Shown here piece by piece: positions 1 through 10,287 of a stretch of 33,341 bases of DNA. The stretch comes from Corallochytrium limacisporum Hawaii (taxonomy: Eukaryota; Protista; Pluriformea): assembly GCA_002811645.1 (NCBI GenBank), contig PDIP01000144.1, forward strand, positions 17,564 to 50,904. The letters are read 5' to 3'. The position numbers and the translations under genes were made by a program. The notes beneath the pieces were generated by a model. That model was not told where the DNA came from. It saw nothing but the letters and a program-made list of their open reading frames with translations, and searched no databases. Numbering within the stretch: position 1 is the first letter of the stretch; each line of letters starts with the position of its first letter.

Positions 1-127
1 AAGAGCAAAATATAATGAAATAGAATACAATCAATATAAATTATTATACAATCAAGATTGAAAAAGATCCTCGGGAGTCAAGGTTTTCGGAGTTTTGATC
101 CTGACATACCAGACAGAGGGTGGTACT
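1..127. repeat. Left copy of an AT-rich inverted repeat, truncated by the window start; probably a mobile-element terminus
   Basis: Reverse complement of 1-127 matches 33110-33236 with 3 mismatches (28/33209, 83/33154, 99/33138). About 33% GC overall and about 18% in bases 1-60. Similarity ends sharply at 127/33110. Confidence 0.93.
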
Positions 128-476
128 CAAAACCATGTAGGAGGGGGCCTATTTTCTTTGTTCGCGGCTTTTCGGGAGCCCCCCCCCCTGGGACCCTTGG
201 TTTGGTGTAAGGTGTACGAGTACGTGTGCAGGCTCCACAGAGCAGATGGGAGCGGGTCTGTCAGCCCCGCGTGTTCGGTCCGCGCCGTCGCTCGATGTGT
301 ACGTGTCAGAAGTACGAGTGCGTTGGTAATTTCGCAGGTATCTGAAGAAACAAACTTGTATGACGTGCAATGTGTGTGTAATAGATACTGTGATAGCTGG
401 AGAGTATTGATCGGATTGGTGCGTGAACATGGGACAATAAGGGAAGAGCCATTCTTCTCTTGTACAGTATCAAGTC

Positions 477-3400
477 ATGTTTAGATCCAAACAGTTTGTA
501 AAGAAGACCCGAAAGGGAAATATTGTTTCGGTCGCTAGAGAGCATTATTTGCGTGACGATATTTCATGTGGCAGCAAGGCTTGTGAGACCTGCAAGAGCA
601 GTCGCGATGATATGGTAAAGCCACTGAGCGAGGATCCAGAGTCTATGAAGACTCATTCTCTGGGTTTTCCTCATTACCTGGTGCTGGACACCAATATTGT
701 GCTACATCATATCGACCTGTTAGAAGCAGGGCACTTAAGGAATGTTATCATTCCGCAAACTGTCGATGACGAAGTAAAGAATCAAAATCTGGCCGTGCAC
801 ACCAAATTGCGTGGTCTGACGGGTAGCCAAGACTCCGGGTACTACCTCTTCAACAATGAACACCATCGTGCTACATACTTAGAACGTCAGCCCAATGAAA
901 GTAGCAATGATCGTAATGATAGGGCAATTCGCCAGGTAGCGTCCTGGTATGATGACCATCTCAAAGAGAAGACGGGTATCGGTACTGTCCTCATCACAGA
1001 TGATCGTGAGTGCCGAAGACGCGCAGAGACCGAGAATGGTCTTTACGCGTTTAGCATGCGTCAGTACGTGAACGGAGCATTAGAGCATGTGGATGAAATG
1101 ATGGACCTGCTGGGCAGGACCAATCGGAAACAGAAGCAGGAAGACCAGGGTGGTGTTAGCATGGCCGTAGACGATGAGGAGGAAGATGAAGACGAGAAGA
1201 AATTGAACGAAGTTCTCCGGGATGACACACTATATGCTGAGCATCTGAGTTTGGTTGCAGTGCAGAAGGGACTACGCGAGGGGCTGTACTTCAGCGGTGG
1301 TTTCAACCTAAGCTCGGATAATAGTTCCGAAGCGTTTGTGTTGAATGACGCGCATGACAAGCCGATTCTGATCAAGGGAATTAAGGACATGAATCGCGCC
1401 ACCAGCCGAGATGTGGTTGCTGTGCGCTTGTACCCAAAGGATCAGTGGCAGGTGCCTTCCCAAGAGTTCTCTGCTGAGCCCACATCGGAGGTAACACGGG
1501 TTGGTGAGAATATTGTACAGACGAAGATTCAATACCCGTTGGTTGCGCCGTCCAGGGAAGACAAGAAAGACGAAACTGTGTCAAGTCTCAAGCCGGACAA
1601 CCAGACGGACAGCATGGAAACAACAGTCAGTGAAGGCACCGATATTCATCCCACAGGCTACGTGGTGTCCATTTTGCGACGGAACTGGCGCCCATGCGTG
1701 GGTGTGTTACTACCAGAGTCTCTGACGCTGGAGCAGAATACTCTCTCCGGTGAGGAGCGTACGTTGGCTATTTGTGCGCGCCAGGGTAATATTCAAGTTT
1801 TCAAACCCCAAGACCGAGGTATCCCAAACATCTACCTTGTCACCCGGCAGGCCGCGCGATTAGCTGATCAGCGCATTGTCGTTGCTATTGACTCCTGGGA
1901 TCAACACAGTCTCTATCCTCGCGGTCATTTGGTAAAGAGTCTGGGGAAAATCGGTGATCGCAACACGGAAACCACTGCAATTTTGCTCGAGAACAAAGTC
2001 CCACACCACAAATTTAATGCTCGTATTCTGGCGGAGCTGCCTCCAATGCCGTGGATTGCGAATCAAGAGCTGGAGAAAGTCCGCAGTGGCGCCAGCGAAA
2101 AGATCCCTGTGGAACCGGCACTGGGAAAGAATCCAGAGCGAGTCGACTTGCGCCACCTAGAGGTCGTCAGTATCGATCCCCCGGGCTGTACAGACATTGA
2201 TGACACGCTTCACGCGCGTATGCTTGATGACGAGGCCCGCATTGCTGAGGTTGGTGTGCACATTGCTGATGTGACGCATTTTGTGAAGGCTGGTGGGACC
2301 ATCGACGCTGAGGCAGCAGACCGCGGCACCACTGTGTATCTAACGGATCGTCGCATTGATATGCTACCGGAACTACTGGGCACTGATCTATGCAGTCTAA
2401 AGAGTGATGTGGACCGGTTTGCCTTCAGTGTAGTCTGGAAGATTAAGGTCGACACTGCCGAGGTCCTGGAAGCACGGTTTTGTAAGTCGATTATCCGTTC
2501 TCGCTATAGCTTTGAGTACACGGAAGCCCAGGCGCGCATAGACGATATCAACAACAAGGACTCCATTACAAATTCGATGCGCCTGCTGAACAGCTTGGCC
2601 AAGATTCTCAAAGGTCAGCGCATGGCCAAGGGTGCCCTGAAGCTGGAGAGCCCTGAAATTAACTTTGACATGGACAACGAAACTATGGATCCGATCGAAG
2701 TTAGGCAGAAGAAGCACGTCGAGACAAACTCCTTGGTCGAGGAGTTCATGTTGCTTGCCAATGTTACGGTGGCAAAGAAGATTACTGATCACTTTCCGGG
2801 CGCCGCCGTTCTGCGACGCCATCCGGAACCACCAGCCTCTCGGTTTGAACCCCTTGTCCTGGCCGGCCAGCGCCTAGGATTTCACATTGACGTGACTTCA
2901 AGCAAGAAGCTTGCAGAAAGTTTGGATGCCGCCGATGTCCCAAAAAAACCGTACATTAACTCGCTTCTACGAATCCTAGCCACCCGATGCATGTACCAGG
3001 CCGTCTACTTCAGTTCTGGGAACTTCCCAGAACATCAGTTCCACCACTACGGTCTTGCTGCACCGATCTACACCCACTTCACTTCACCTATTCGTCGATA
3101 TGCGGACGTCCTCGTGCACCGCTTGTTGGCGGCAGCCATTGGCTACGAACCAATCGATCCAGGCTTGCTGGAAAGTCGCAAAGTTCAGAAGAGATGCGAA
3201 GTCATCAATCGCCGGCAGCGGGCTGCCCAGCAAGCCAGCCGTGCCAGTGTGGCGTTATATACCCAGATGTTCTTCCGTTCGAAGGGCGCCCAGGAAGAGC
3301 ACGCCTATGTCCTGCAGGTCAGGAAGAATGGTATTGGTGTGATGATTCCTAAGTACGGCCTGGAGGGCATCATTGTCTACGACGAGGCAAGCGTACAGCA

Positions 3401-3653
3401 TGACGCTGTCAATCACACGATTGATGTGCCCGACCCTCAGCAGCCGCAGAAGAAGGACCATGAGAGCAAGAGGAAGATGGTCCGCATAACTGTCTTTGAT
3501 GAAGTACTCGTGACCATGCGTTTGTCTGGCAACACATTTCTGGCTGAACAGATGATGGTACTCGACCTCAAGCAAAAGGTCATTTACGATACTCAGGAAA
3601 ATACTTCCAACGGTGATCAAGAACCCCCGACAAAGAAACAAAAAATGGTGTAG
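477..3653 (+). CDS. DIS3: Exosome catalytic subunit DIS3/RRP44 (PIN endonuclease plus RNB 3'-5' exoribonuclease)
   Basis: 1058-aa ORF. N-terminal KKTRKG..REHYLRDDISCG with CR3 cysteines; PIN motifs VLDTN, NEHH, ESSNDRNDRAIR, ITDD; RNB motifs SIDPPGCTDIDD, GVHIADV, HFTSPIRRYADVLVHRLL; S1-like C-terminal region; terminal basic NLS-like PPTKKQK. Confidence 0.97.
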   Translation: MFRSKQFVKKTRKGNIVSVAREHYLRDDISCGSKACETCKSSRDDMVKPLSEDPESMKTHSLGFPHYLVLDTNIVLHHIDLLEAGHLRNVIIPQTVDDEVKNQNLAVHTKLRGLTGSQDSGYYLFNNEHHRATYLERQPNESSNDRNDRAIRQVASWYDDHLKEKTGIGTVLITDDRECRRRAETENGLYAFSMRQYVNGALEHVDEMMDLLGRTNRKQKQEDQGGVSMAVDDEEEDEDEKKLNEVLRDDTLYAEHLSLVAVQKGLREGLYFSGGFNLSSDNSSEAFVLNDAHDKPILIKGIKDMNRATSRDVVAVRLYPKDQWQVPSQEFSAEPTSEVTRVGENIVQTKIQYPLVAPSREDKKDETVSSLKPDNQTDSMETTVSEGTDIHPTGYVVSILRRNWRPCVGVLLPESLTLEQNTLSGEERTLAICARQGNIQVFKPQDRGIPNIYLVTRQAARLADQRIVVAIDSWDQHSLYPRGHLVKSLGKIGDRNTETTAILLENKVPHHKFNARILAELPPMPWIANQELEKVRSGASEKIPVEPALGKNPERVDLRHLEVVSIDPPGCTDIDDTLHARMLDDEARIAEVGVHIADVTHFVKAGGTIDAEAADRGTTVYLTDRRIDMLPELLGTDLCSLKSDVDRFAFSVVWKIKVDTAEVLEARFCKSIIRSRYSFEYTEAQARIDDINNKDSITNSMRLLNSLAKILKGQRMAKGALKLESPEINFDMDNETMDPIEVRQKKHVETNSLVEEFMLLANVTVAKKITDHFPGAAVLRRHPEPPASRFEPLVLAGQRLGFHIDVTSSKKLAESLDAADVPKKPYINSLLRILATRCMYQAVYFSSGNFPEHQFHHYGLAAPIYTHFTSPIRRYADVLVHRLLAAAIGYEPIDPGLLESRKVQKRCEVINRRQRAAQQASRASVALYTQMFFRSKGAQEEHAYVLQVRKNGIGVMIPKYGLEGIIVYDEASVQHDAVNHTIDVPDPQQPQKKDHESKRKMVRITVFDEVLVTMRLSGNTFLAEQMMVLDLKQKVIYDTQENTSNGDQEPPTKKQKMV

Positions 3654-3662
3654 CATAGCCCC

Positions 3663-3668
3663 AATAAA
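3663..3668 (+). terminator. Candidate polyadenylation signal (AATAAA) for DIS3
   Basis: Canonical hexamer about 10 nt after the TAG stop; usage not verifiable from sequence. Confidence 0.4.
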
Positions 3669-4754
3669 GTCTAGAACCCACGCATGCAATCAATAATCAT
3701 TCTCGTTGGCTAGTGGCCTGCCAAAGATACGCCCGGCAGTCCTTTCCAGGCGTTCCCCGCATTACTTTCATCTGAACTCAGGACGGACGGACGGCAAATT
3801 TAGGCCCCGTAAGTCATTCCTTTTCTTTGGCACTTTTTTTCTTACTTTTTTGTTTTCCTCAGGAGGGGGGGTTGCCCCCGTTTTTCAAATCCTTGGCGCT
3901 CTGTCGCAAATCAGTACTGAATGTACCAGCACCGGCGTCCTGAGAGCAAGACAAAACCCTGGCACCGTCCAACCCCGTCGGGGGGACCACGGCTCCGTCT
4001 GAGTGTCGTCGTCGCCAGGGCGTGCGGGGTGGGGGAGTGCAGTGGCAGGGGGAAAAGCCATTGCTTCCCCCCTGCGAAAATTAATGAACGATTTGCAATT
4101 GCTATGTTGGGGAGAATATATTCAATAAAAATTTGGTACTGAAGGTGAAATCCGGAGGGTACGGGAGGTATAAATTTTCTTTGGGTCTCAGACGGGGAGG
4201 AGTGAGTACGGACGCGCAGGGGGCGACAGGAGGTTCTCCTCTGCCAGTGGTAACACTGCTGTTTTGGCAGAACTTGAGACCCGCACACTGGCTCTCGGAG
4301 TTGCGACAAAACACCGGTTGGTTGGCTATCGGAAACCGTGCAAGGGTCGGAAGGATATGACGAAGTGAGGAGGGGAGAAACGAGGGGGAGGGCCGTGGAG
4401 TCCTCATTCTTCTTTCGTGCGGAGGCGAGCCGGGTTCTCCGCGTTCGCGATTCCTTCGTTCGGTGGCATTGCATTCAATCGAGTCTGTTTGTGTGCTGTT
4501 TGTTTTGATCAGACTTGTCCATTTTGGAAAGGGGTAATGTGGTCTGATGATGTTGTTGTGGTCTTCACATGCAACGTTTGAATTCAATGGTTTCAAAGCA
4601 CACTAGCCATGTGGTCTTGAACTAGCAAAGGCCAGTCTGGTATTTAGTGTCTTTGATCCGGAACGCAGGATCAACAAAGCAACAGAAGTTATTCATAACC
4701 TGCAACTAATAAATTCAGGCGACAGAACCAAGCACTCACGTAAAACAGACAACC

Positions 4755-6683
4755 ATGCCCGTTCAGGTTTCTGGTCTCTCAGAGACTATTGCTTCCCAGA
4801 TGCGCGGTACTCAGAGCCGAGAGGCCAAGAAAGAGTCTCTCTATCGCAACCGTGGCAAGCTTTCCGATGAAGAGCAGCGTCGTCGTCGCAGAGAAGGATC
4901 CGTACAGCTGCGCCGTGATAAGCGCGAGGAATGCCTTGCAAAGAAGCGACATATGGGTTCCAATCGCGTGACCCGTTCCATGGCACGCAATGGCAGCTCC
5001 ATCGCAGAGGAGGCCGAAGAGCAGGACTCCGAGGTCACCAGTAATGCTGGATCTGACGCTGGATCCTCTTCATCAACTGATCAAGTCGCTCCTAACCAAT
5101 CCAATACTGCTAGTGGTGACCAATACTATGTGCCCACCTTGCAGAGGGATGGACAAGACGCATACCTGCAGTACCATGCGAACATCTTGCACCACCCAAA
5201 CGATGTGACCAATCTTGCATTCTATATGAAGAGTTTACGCGCTGTGCGAAAGCTCCTCTCTCGGGAATCCAACCCTCCAATCCAGGAGTGTATAGACCTT
5301 GGTCTAGTTAGTCGCTTTGTTGAATTATTGGAGATGGAGCAAGAAGGAATCAACAACGAAGCCGCCTGGGCACTCACTAACATTGCCAGCGGCACCCGCG
5401 AGCAAACTATGGCAGTAGTACAGGCCAATGCTGTAGAGAAATTCATGGTGATTCTGCACACCATCAGTCTGCGCCAGTCCACCAACAACACCCACAGTGG
5501 CAAAGATGACGCTATGGTCGAACAGTGTGTATGGGCGCTGGCAAACATTGCCGGTGACTGCACAGAACTGCGCGATCATCTGCTCAGCGTAGGCCTGTTG
5601 CCGGTGCTGCTCAACATTCTCAGCACTACGCACTCCATGCCAGTCGCACGTCAAGTGACATGGTGCATCAGCAATCTGTGCCGTGGACGCAACCCGTACG
5701 CTCCATACGAGGCCATTAAGTGTGCTTTCAAGCCCCTGCGTGACCTGTTAGAAAACATTACGGACACATCGCTCGTATCGGACGCCTGCTGGGCCGTCAG
5801 CTACCTCACCGACGGTGGCAATCAACAGATTGAGGACTCCATTGCCGTCGGACTGGTGCCGAGTCTAAGCAAGGTCCTGAGTACTTGGGGCGGCATCGGT
5901 ACCTACTCTCAGGGCAGCCAAAATGGAGAGAAGACCAAGTGCCAGGAAGCAGCAGCTCACACGGTGGTCACTCCGGCCCTACGTGCCCTGGGAAACATTG
6001 TTACCGGTACCGAGGCACAGACACAGGCTGTCTTGGACGAGAATGGAGTAATCGTGCTGAAGCACTTGCTCGGCCATGCCCGCGACAGTGTTCGTAAAGA
6101 GGCAATGTGGTCACTGTCCAACATCTGTGCCGGCACTCGCCCGCAGATCGCTTCGGTCATTGCAGCCGATCTTGTGCCCATCTTCGTAGAAAAACTTGAA
6201 GGTGCAGAGAGCAGCAAGGTCCGCCGTGAGTCTGCGTGGGCCCTGGCCAATGTCTGCAAAGGCGGCAGTGACGCCCAGGTCCGCCTCCTGGCTATGGCTG
6301 GTGCTCCCCGTGCCCTATGCACCATGCTCCACGGAAGCGAAGACAGCGGTCTTTTGGAAGCCATCCTCGACGCTCTGTTTACCCTGCTCAAGCGTGGACT
6401 GCAGGACGCACAGGAGGCCGGACGCACACAGAACCCTGTTGCTGACATCGTTGAGGAATGCGAAGGTCTGACGCGTATTGAGGAACTGCAGGATCATACC
6501 AGTGAAAAGATTTACCACCAGGCTGTGTCCATTATTGAAACGTTCTACGGATCTGAGGAGGACGACGATGATCTCGCAGGACTGATGCCCTCTACCGAAG
6601 GTGATGCCAGTACATTCGCGTTCGGCAGCACCGCACCGACTGCTGGGATGGGCGGTGTCCAGGGATCTCCATTCCATTTCTGA
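4755..6683 (+). CDS. Importin subunit alpha (karyopherin alpha; IBB domain plus ARM repeats)
   Basis: 642-aa ORF. IBB domain (RRRRREGSVQLRRDKREECLAKKR); ARM W-x3-N ladder (AAWALTNIASGT, CVWALANIAGD, VTWCISNLCRG, ACWAVSYLTDG, ALRALGNIVTG, AMWSLSNICAG, SAWALANV); IEELQDH..IY and an acidic/Phe-rich C-terminus. Paralogue class not assignable. Confidence 0.96.
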   Translation: MPVQVSGLSETIASQMRGTQSREAKKESLYRNRGKLSDEEQRRRRREGSVQLRRDKREECLAKKRHMGSNRVTRSMARNGSSIAEEAEEQDSEVTSNAGSDAGSSSSTDQVAPNQSNTASGDQYYVPTLQRDGQDAYLQYHANILHHPNDVTNLAFYMKSLRAVRKLLSRESNPPIQECIDLGLVSRFVELLEMEQEGINNEAAWALTNIASGTREQTMAVVQANAVEKFMVILHTISLRQSTNNTHSGKDDAMVEQCVWALANIAGDCTELRDHLLSVGLLPVLLNILSTTHSMPVARQVTWCISNLCRGRNPYAPYEAIKCAFKPLRDLLENITDTSLVSDACWAVSYLTDGGNQQIEDSIAVGLVPSLSKVLSTWGGIGTYSQGSQNGEKTKCQEAAAHTVVTPALRALGNIVTGTEAQTQAVLDENGVIVLKHLLGHARDSVRKEAMWSLSNICAGTRPQIASVIAADLVPIFVEKLEGAESSKVRRESAWALANVCKGGSDAQVRLLAMAGAPRALCTMLHGSEDSGLLEAILDALFTLLKRGLQDAQEAGRTQNPVADIVEECEGLTRIEELQDHTSEKIYHQAVSIIETFYGSEEDDDDLAGLMPSTEGDASTFAFGSTAPTAGMGGVQGSPFHF

Positions 6684-6844
6684 AGCCAAACACTTGGTTG
6701 CCCATCAACCTGTCCCATTTCCATTATCCCGTAGTAGCCATGATACATCATCACGCATAAACGATTACTTATCCTATATCTACAAACTTTAGGAACACAT
6801 TTTGTTCGGAAACTGCAATGTATCACAACTACCAAACAAACAAC

Positions 6845-9541
6845 TTATGACACCTCAGAATCCTGGGACAGCACAATCAGCCGCACCAAATGTCCCTCCG
6901 GATTCACATTGCTAACGTTGAACAGCGGCACACCGTCCCGTGGCGGGTTCAGGTGCGTCTCTTCGGTGCTATCGTCATACCATCCAAGCAGGAGATCGCC
7001 GTACCCGCTGCGGAGGAATTCGGTGGTCTGAACGAATGTCAGACGTTGCTGGCGGGCCTCGCCTGTGAGGTGCTCAAAGTACACCGATGGCCGCCGCATG
7101 TAAATCTCTGGCCCATAGTTGGTCAGCAATTGACCCCATACTGAACACAGTTCCTCGTTGGTGGCAACCTCAGCGATGATCTGCGCGACCATATTATTCG
7201 TGGGCAGGAAGTCGGGCGCCCACTGAGAGTCACCATCCGGAAACTGATTGGCCACGCGCCAGCGGTCGCTGTCCCGTACAGTGGTGATGATGTGAGCGGG
7301 TTTGGATGGGTTCGTACTGGTGGGGTGATAGGTCTTGCCACCGCCGGCACCTCCGGCACCCACTCCACTTTCGGCCCGGCGAATGGCGCCATTGCGCTGC
7401 TGCACCTTGCGCTGCCGAAGGGCAAGTTGCATGGTCATCATTATTCCAAGGGCATCCTTGGTAGAGTTGTTGCCCGCAACACTGTTCTCAGGCACGACAA
7501 CTAGCGCGTCGATTGGAGATAGCACCTCCTGGGCCTCGGCGGCCATTTGCAGATCTTTGTGTTCCATGAAGTTGTTGTATCCGAGCTTCCGCATGCCTGC
7601 AGTGATAGAGTTGATGTTCAAAGTATCGGCGGCCTCCCATCGAAGACGGAGTAAGCTGAACTGCTTGTTCGCGTCGGCCTTGATCTCTTCAATGATTCTG
7701 GGCTCGTCCCGGCTCAGGAAGCTCACATTGACATAGTCCGTGGCCATGGCATTCACACTGCGCAGTAAGTAGCGCAGGAGATTGTCCTCTAGGCGACCTA
7801 CGAAGACAAGCTCGGCGGGGACGTCTACGGTTATTCCAGACAATTTCTGAGAGGCACGCAGGTTGTGGACGGAACTGATCGTATGATGCACTGCCTTGAA
7901 TTCGTGAGAGATAATCTGGTCGACGGCCTGGGTACTTTCGATGACTTTCCTCCAATCGCCAAGTCGCTCCGCAATAAACAAAACACGATCTTCTGACTCT
8001 AGACGGGTGTCTGGGTCCGGGTTCAGATTGTTAGCAAAGTCCAGGATCACTTCCCGCGCGCCCGGATCGCCGGCACAGCAGGCACACCCCATCACCGTCC
8101 ACGTCGAAATGTGGCTGCTGAGGGAAAATTCGGAGTAGCGGTGCGAGACATGGTTCTGCGGGCTAAGACCCTCGCAGCGGCAGGTGCAATTGATACTGCA
8201 CCGACGGCCGTACCAGCGGCGTGACAAACCAACGAGCACCACAGACGGAAGGTGCAGCTGCAAGACACGAAAGGTCATGTCGGCGGTTTTAATCCTGAGT
8301 TTCTGGAGAAGGGCACGGATCTCCTGCCAAGATACGTAGTGGAAGCTACAGCCCTTCTCTTCGTCTTTGGATAACAGGGCAGTAAGGATCTTAATCGTGC
8401 GCGGCGACTGGGCACTGGCCACCATGATGTGGTTGCTGAGGGTGCTCGGGGATAGAATACGGCAGCCCAGCAGCCAGAGTGGACCATCTTCGAACAACCG
8501 TGCGCTTGTATACAAGAACAATTCAACTGTCACGTTGATATTTGCAAGATCAACCCACACTTCCTCAGCGCCAGCCTTTTTGGCAGAGGTGAGTTGTCTG
8601 GCCTTGGCTGTCGCAGTCCTCAACTTCATTGCATGACCCCGGTCTCGGAAAATACTAGCCAAAGCGTAGCAGCAGCGAATAATGCGCGCGTCGCTAGAGA
8701 TCTGGAAGTCATTGATGTCTTCTTTGAGGTCGTCTGGTATGTCGTCCGCAAGCATGATAATGCTACGCGCCTCGTAGCAATGTAAGGATTCCAGCCGCTC
8801 ACGATCTGAGGGATCACCCACACTGATGATCACATCCAAATGATTAAAATCCATGTCCTCGATCTGTTCCGCAATCTCATCCCTCTGTTCCGGACTAACT
8901 GTCTCTGACAACAGAATTACGACCTTGAGTTCGGACTTGTCCTGTACAGAACTCTCTCGAATTGCTGCCTGCCAGTCAATGTCCAATTCCTTGAGTATCA
9001 TGGCACCACGCTTATTCCAACCGACAAAAATGAAATGGCTGCGCTCATAGACGGGTCCACGCCTGCTGCGGATGTCTTCCAAACGGTCTTGCAGCTCCTC
9101 CTGTACGATACCAATGAGCATGGCAAGGGTCATCAGTCCCAGAACTGTAAAGATTGTGGTGACGAAACGGAGCCAAGGGCTGGTTTCCGCGACGTGGGTA
9201 CCCGGATCGGCCATTACACCCCATGCCAGCCAGGTGCTCTCCCTAAAATCCATCGGAGATTTGTCAATTTCACTCGCGGCTCGGATCAGCACAGCTCCGA
9301 GGACCACAAGGAGACCTGTGCTTATACTGAGGAGCATGAGCTTGCCACTCAGCCGGTAACTCTCAATGAAACGGTTGAAAGCGTACTTAACGCGCATGCG
9401 CAGGCTCGGGGACCTGAATCCCCCAGACGGATGGACCCTGTCGCAGTTGTGGCCACCCTCCATATCTGATGCAAAGCTACTGCGACCAGATCCGGGGTAT
9501 GAACCTCCTGCAACGGTCAGCAAAGGCTCCTGTTCTGACAT
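6845..9541 (-). CDS. CASTOR/POLLUX/DMI1-like cation channel (TM-pore-TM followed by tandem RCK domains)
   Basis: 898-aa ORF. Two hydrophobic helices flank WLAWGVMADPGTH (compare the DMI1/POLLUX filter W..VAD[AS]GNH). RCK1 motifs ERSHFIFVGWN, GDP, ARSIIMLA, SDARIIR, LNPDPD..LESEDRVLFIAE. C-terminal VWGQLLTNYGPEIYMRRPSVY...LNPP resembles the family C-terminus. Confidence 0.8.
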   Translation of the reverse strand: MSEQEPLLTVAGGSYPGSGRSSFASDMEGGHNCDRVHPSGGFRSPSLRMRVKYAFNRFIESYRLSGKLMLLSISTGLLVVLGAVLIRAASEIDKSPMDFRESTWLAWGVMADPGTHVAETSPWLRFVTTIFTVLGLMTLAMLIGIVQEELQDRLEDIRSRRGPVYERSHFIFVGWNKRGAMILKELDIDWQAAIRESSVQDKSELKVVILLSETVSPEQRDEIAEQIEDMDFNHLDVIISVGDPSDRERLESLHCYEARSIIMLADDIPDDLKEDINDFQISSDARIIRCCYALASIFRDRGHAMKLRTATAKARQLTSAKKAGAEEVWVDLANINVTVELFLYTSARLFEDGPLWLLGCRILSPSTLSNHIMVASAQSPRTIKILTALLSKDEEKGCSFHYVSWQEIRALLQKLRIKTADMTFRVLQLHLPSVVLVGLSRRWYGRRCSINCTCRCEGLSPQNHVSHRYSEFSLSSHISTWTVMGCACCAGDPGAREVILDFANNLNPDPDTRLESEDRVLFIAERLGDWRKVIESTQAVDQIISHEFKAVHHTISSVHNLRASQKLSGITVDVPAELVFVGRLEDNLLRYLLRSVNAMATDYVNVSFLSRDEPRIIEEIKADANKQFSLLRLRWEAADTLNINSITAGMRKLGYNNFMEHKDLQMAAEAQEVLSPIDALVVVPENSVAGNNSTKDALGIMMTMQLALRQRKVQQRNGAIRRAESGVGAGGAGGGKTYHPTSTNPSKPAHIITTVRDSDRWRVANQFPDGDSQWAPDFLPTNNMVAQIIAEVATNEELCSVWGQLLTNYGPEIYMRRPSVYFEHLTGEARQQRLTFVQTTEFLRSGYGDLLLGWYDDSTEETHLNPPRDGVPLFNVSNVNPEGHLVRLIVLSQDSEVS

Positions 9542-10287
9542 GTTTGGATGCTATTGGTTCAAATTCTCTCGTTCACAATCAATTCCTTCGTCCTCTGCCC
9601 CCATTAGATTTTCCGATAGCCGATCAAAGAACTAAGAGTTCGAGTAATCTGACGAACGATGCGTTGTAGTCCGATGAACACATTCTAATTAAGCAATTCA
9701 ACTCACAAACACCTACACAAGACAATGTGTCATTCAATTCTGATACGCATCAGTGTGCGACATCACACAAACGAGACCATCGCACAAAGTTGCTGATTCC
9801 TTGGTAGCCCGAAGCCTGGCCAGGCAGCGAAGCCCCCGTACCCCTCTCCCTAAAACTCGCACCGCCCGCGCAGAAGAAAACAGCGGGGTCCCCCGTCCCT
9901 CCAGATCCGAGGCCCCCTTACTAGGACCCAACAAGGGCCATGCAGAGGAGACGAGGAGGGGAACCGGGTTGTGGATTGGTTCTTTCATCTTCCGTTCCAA
10001 TCCTCGTTGATCCACCTTCCCAAATCGTAGCGGCCGAAGGAGCGATTGAGATTGCGCACTGGAATTTACCATCATTTCCGAAATATGTGTACGGCTTATG
10101 ACCCCTTCAAGAGAATGTACCTCGGCAAATCCACCCGTATTACTTGTTTACCCTCACTGCACCGGATCAACCATGCGGTTGGCTTCGTTGGAGATCTCTA
10201 GCTATTTGAATGTTGACCACCGATAGCCCATACGGAGGGAGCTGAGTGGTTATCTGACTCAGATCGGTTAAAGAAAGTCAGGCCGCC
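9542..10287. promoter_or_regulatory. Probable bidirectional promoter region between the divergent channel and ZCCHC4 genes
   Basis: 746 bp between head-to-head start codons, with a central GC/C-tract-rich patch (about 9820-9965). Inferred from gene geometry only. Confidence 0.55.

Noticed and set aside
338-467. Possible 5' UTR intron in DIS3 (CAG/GTATCT ... TTCTTCTCTTGTACAG)
   Set aside because: No clear branch point, and all other genes appear intron-free; not supportable without transcripts.
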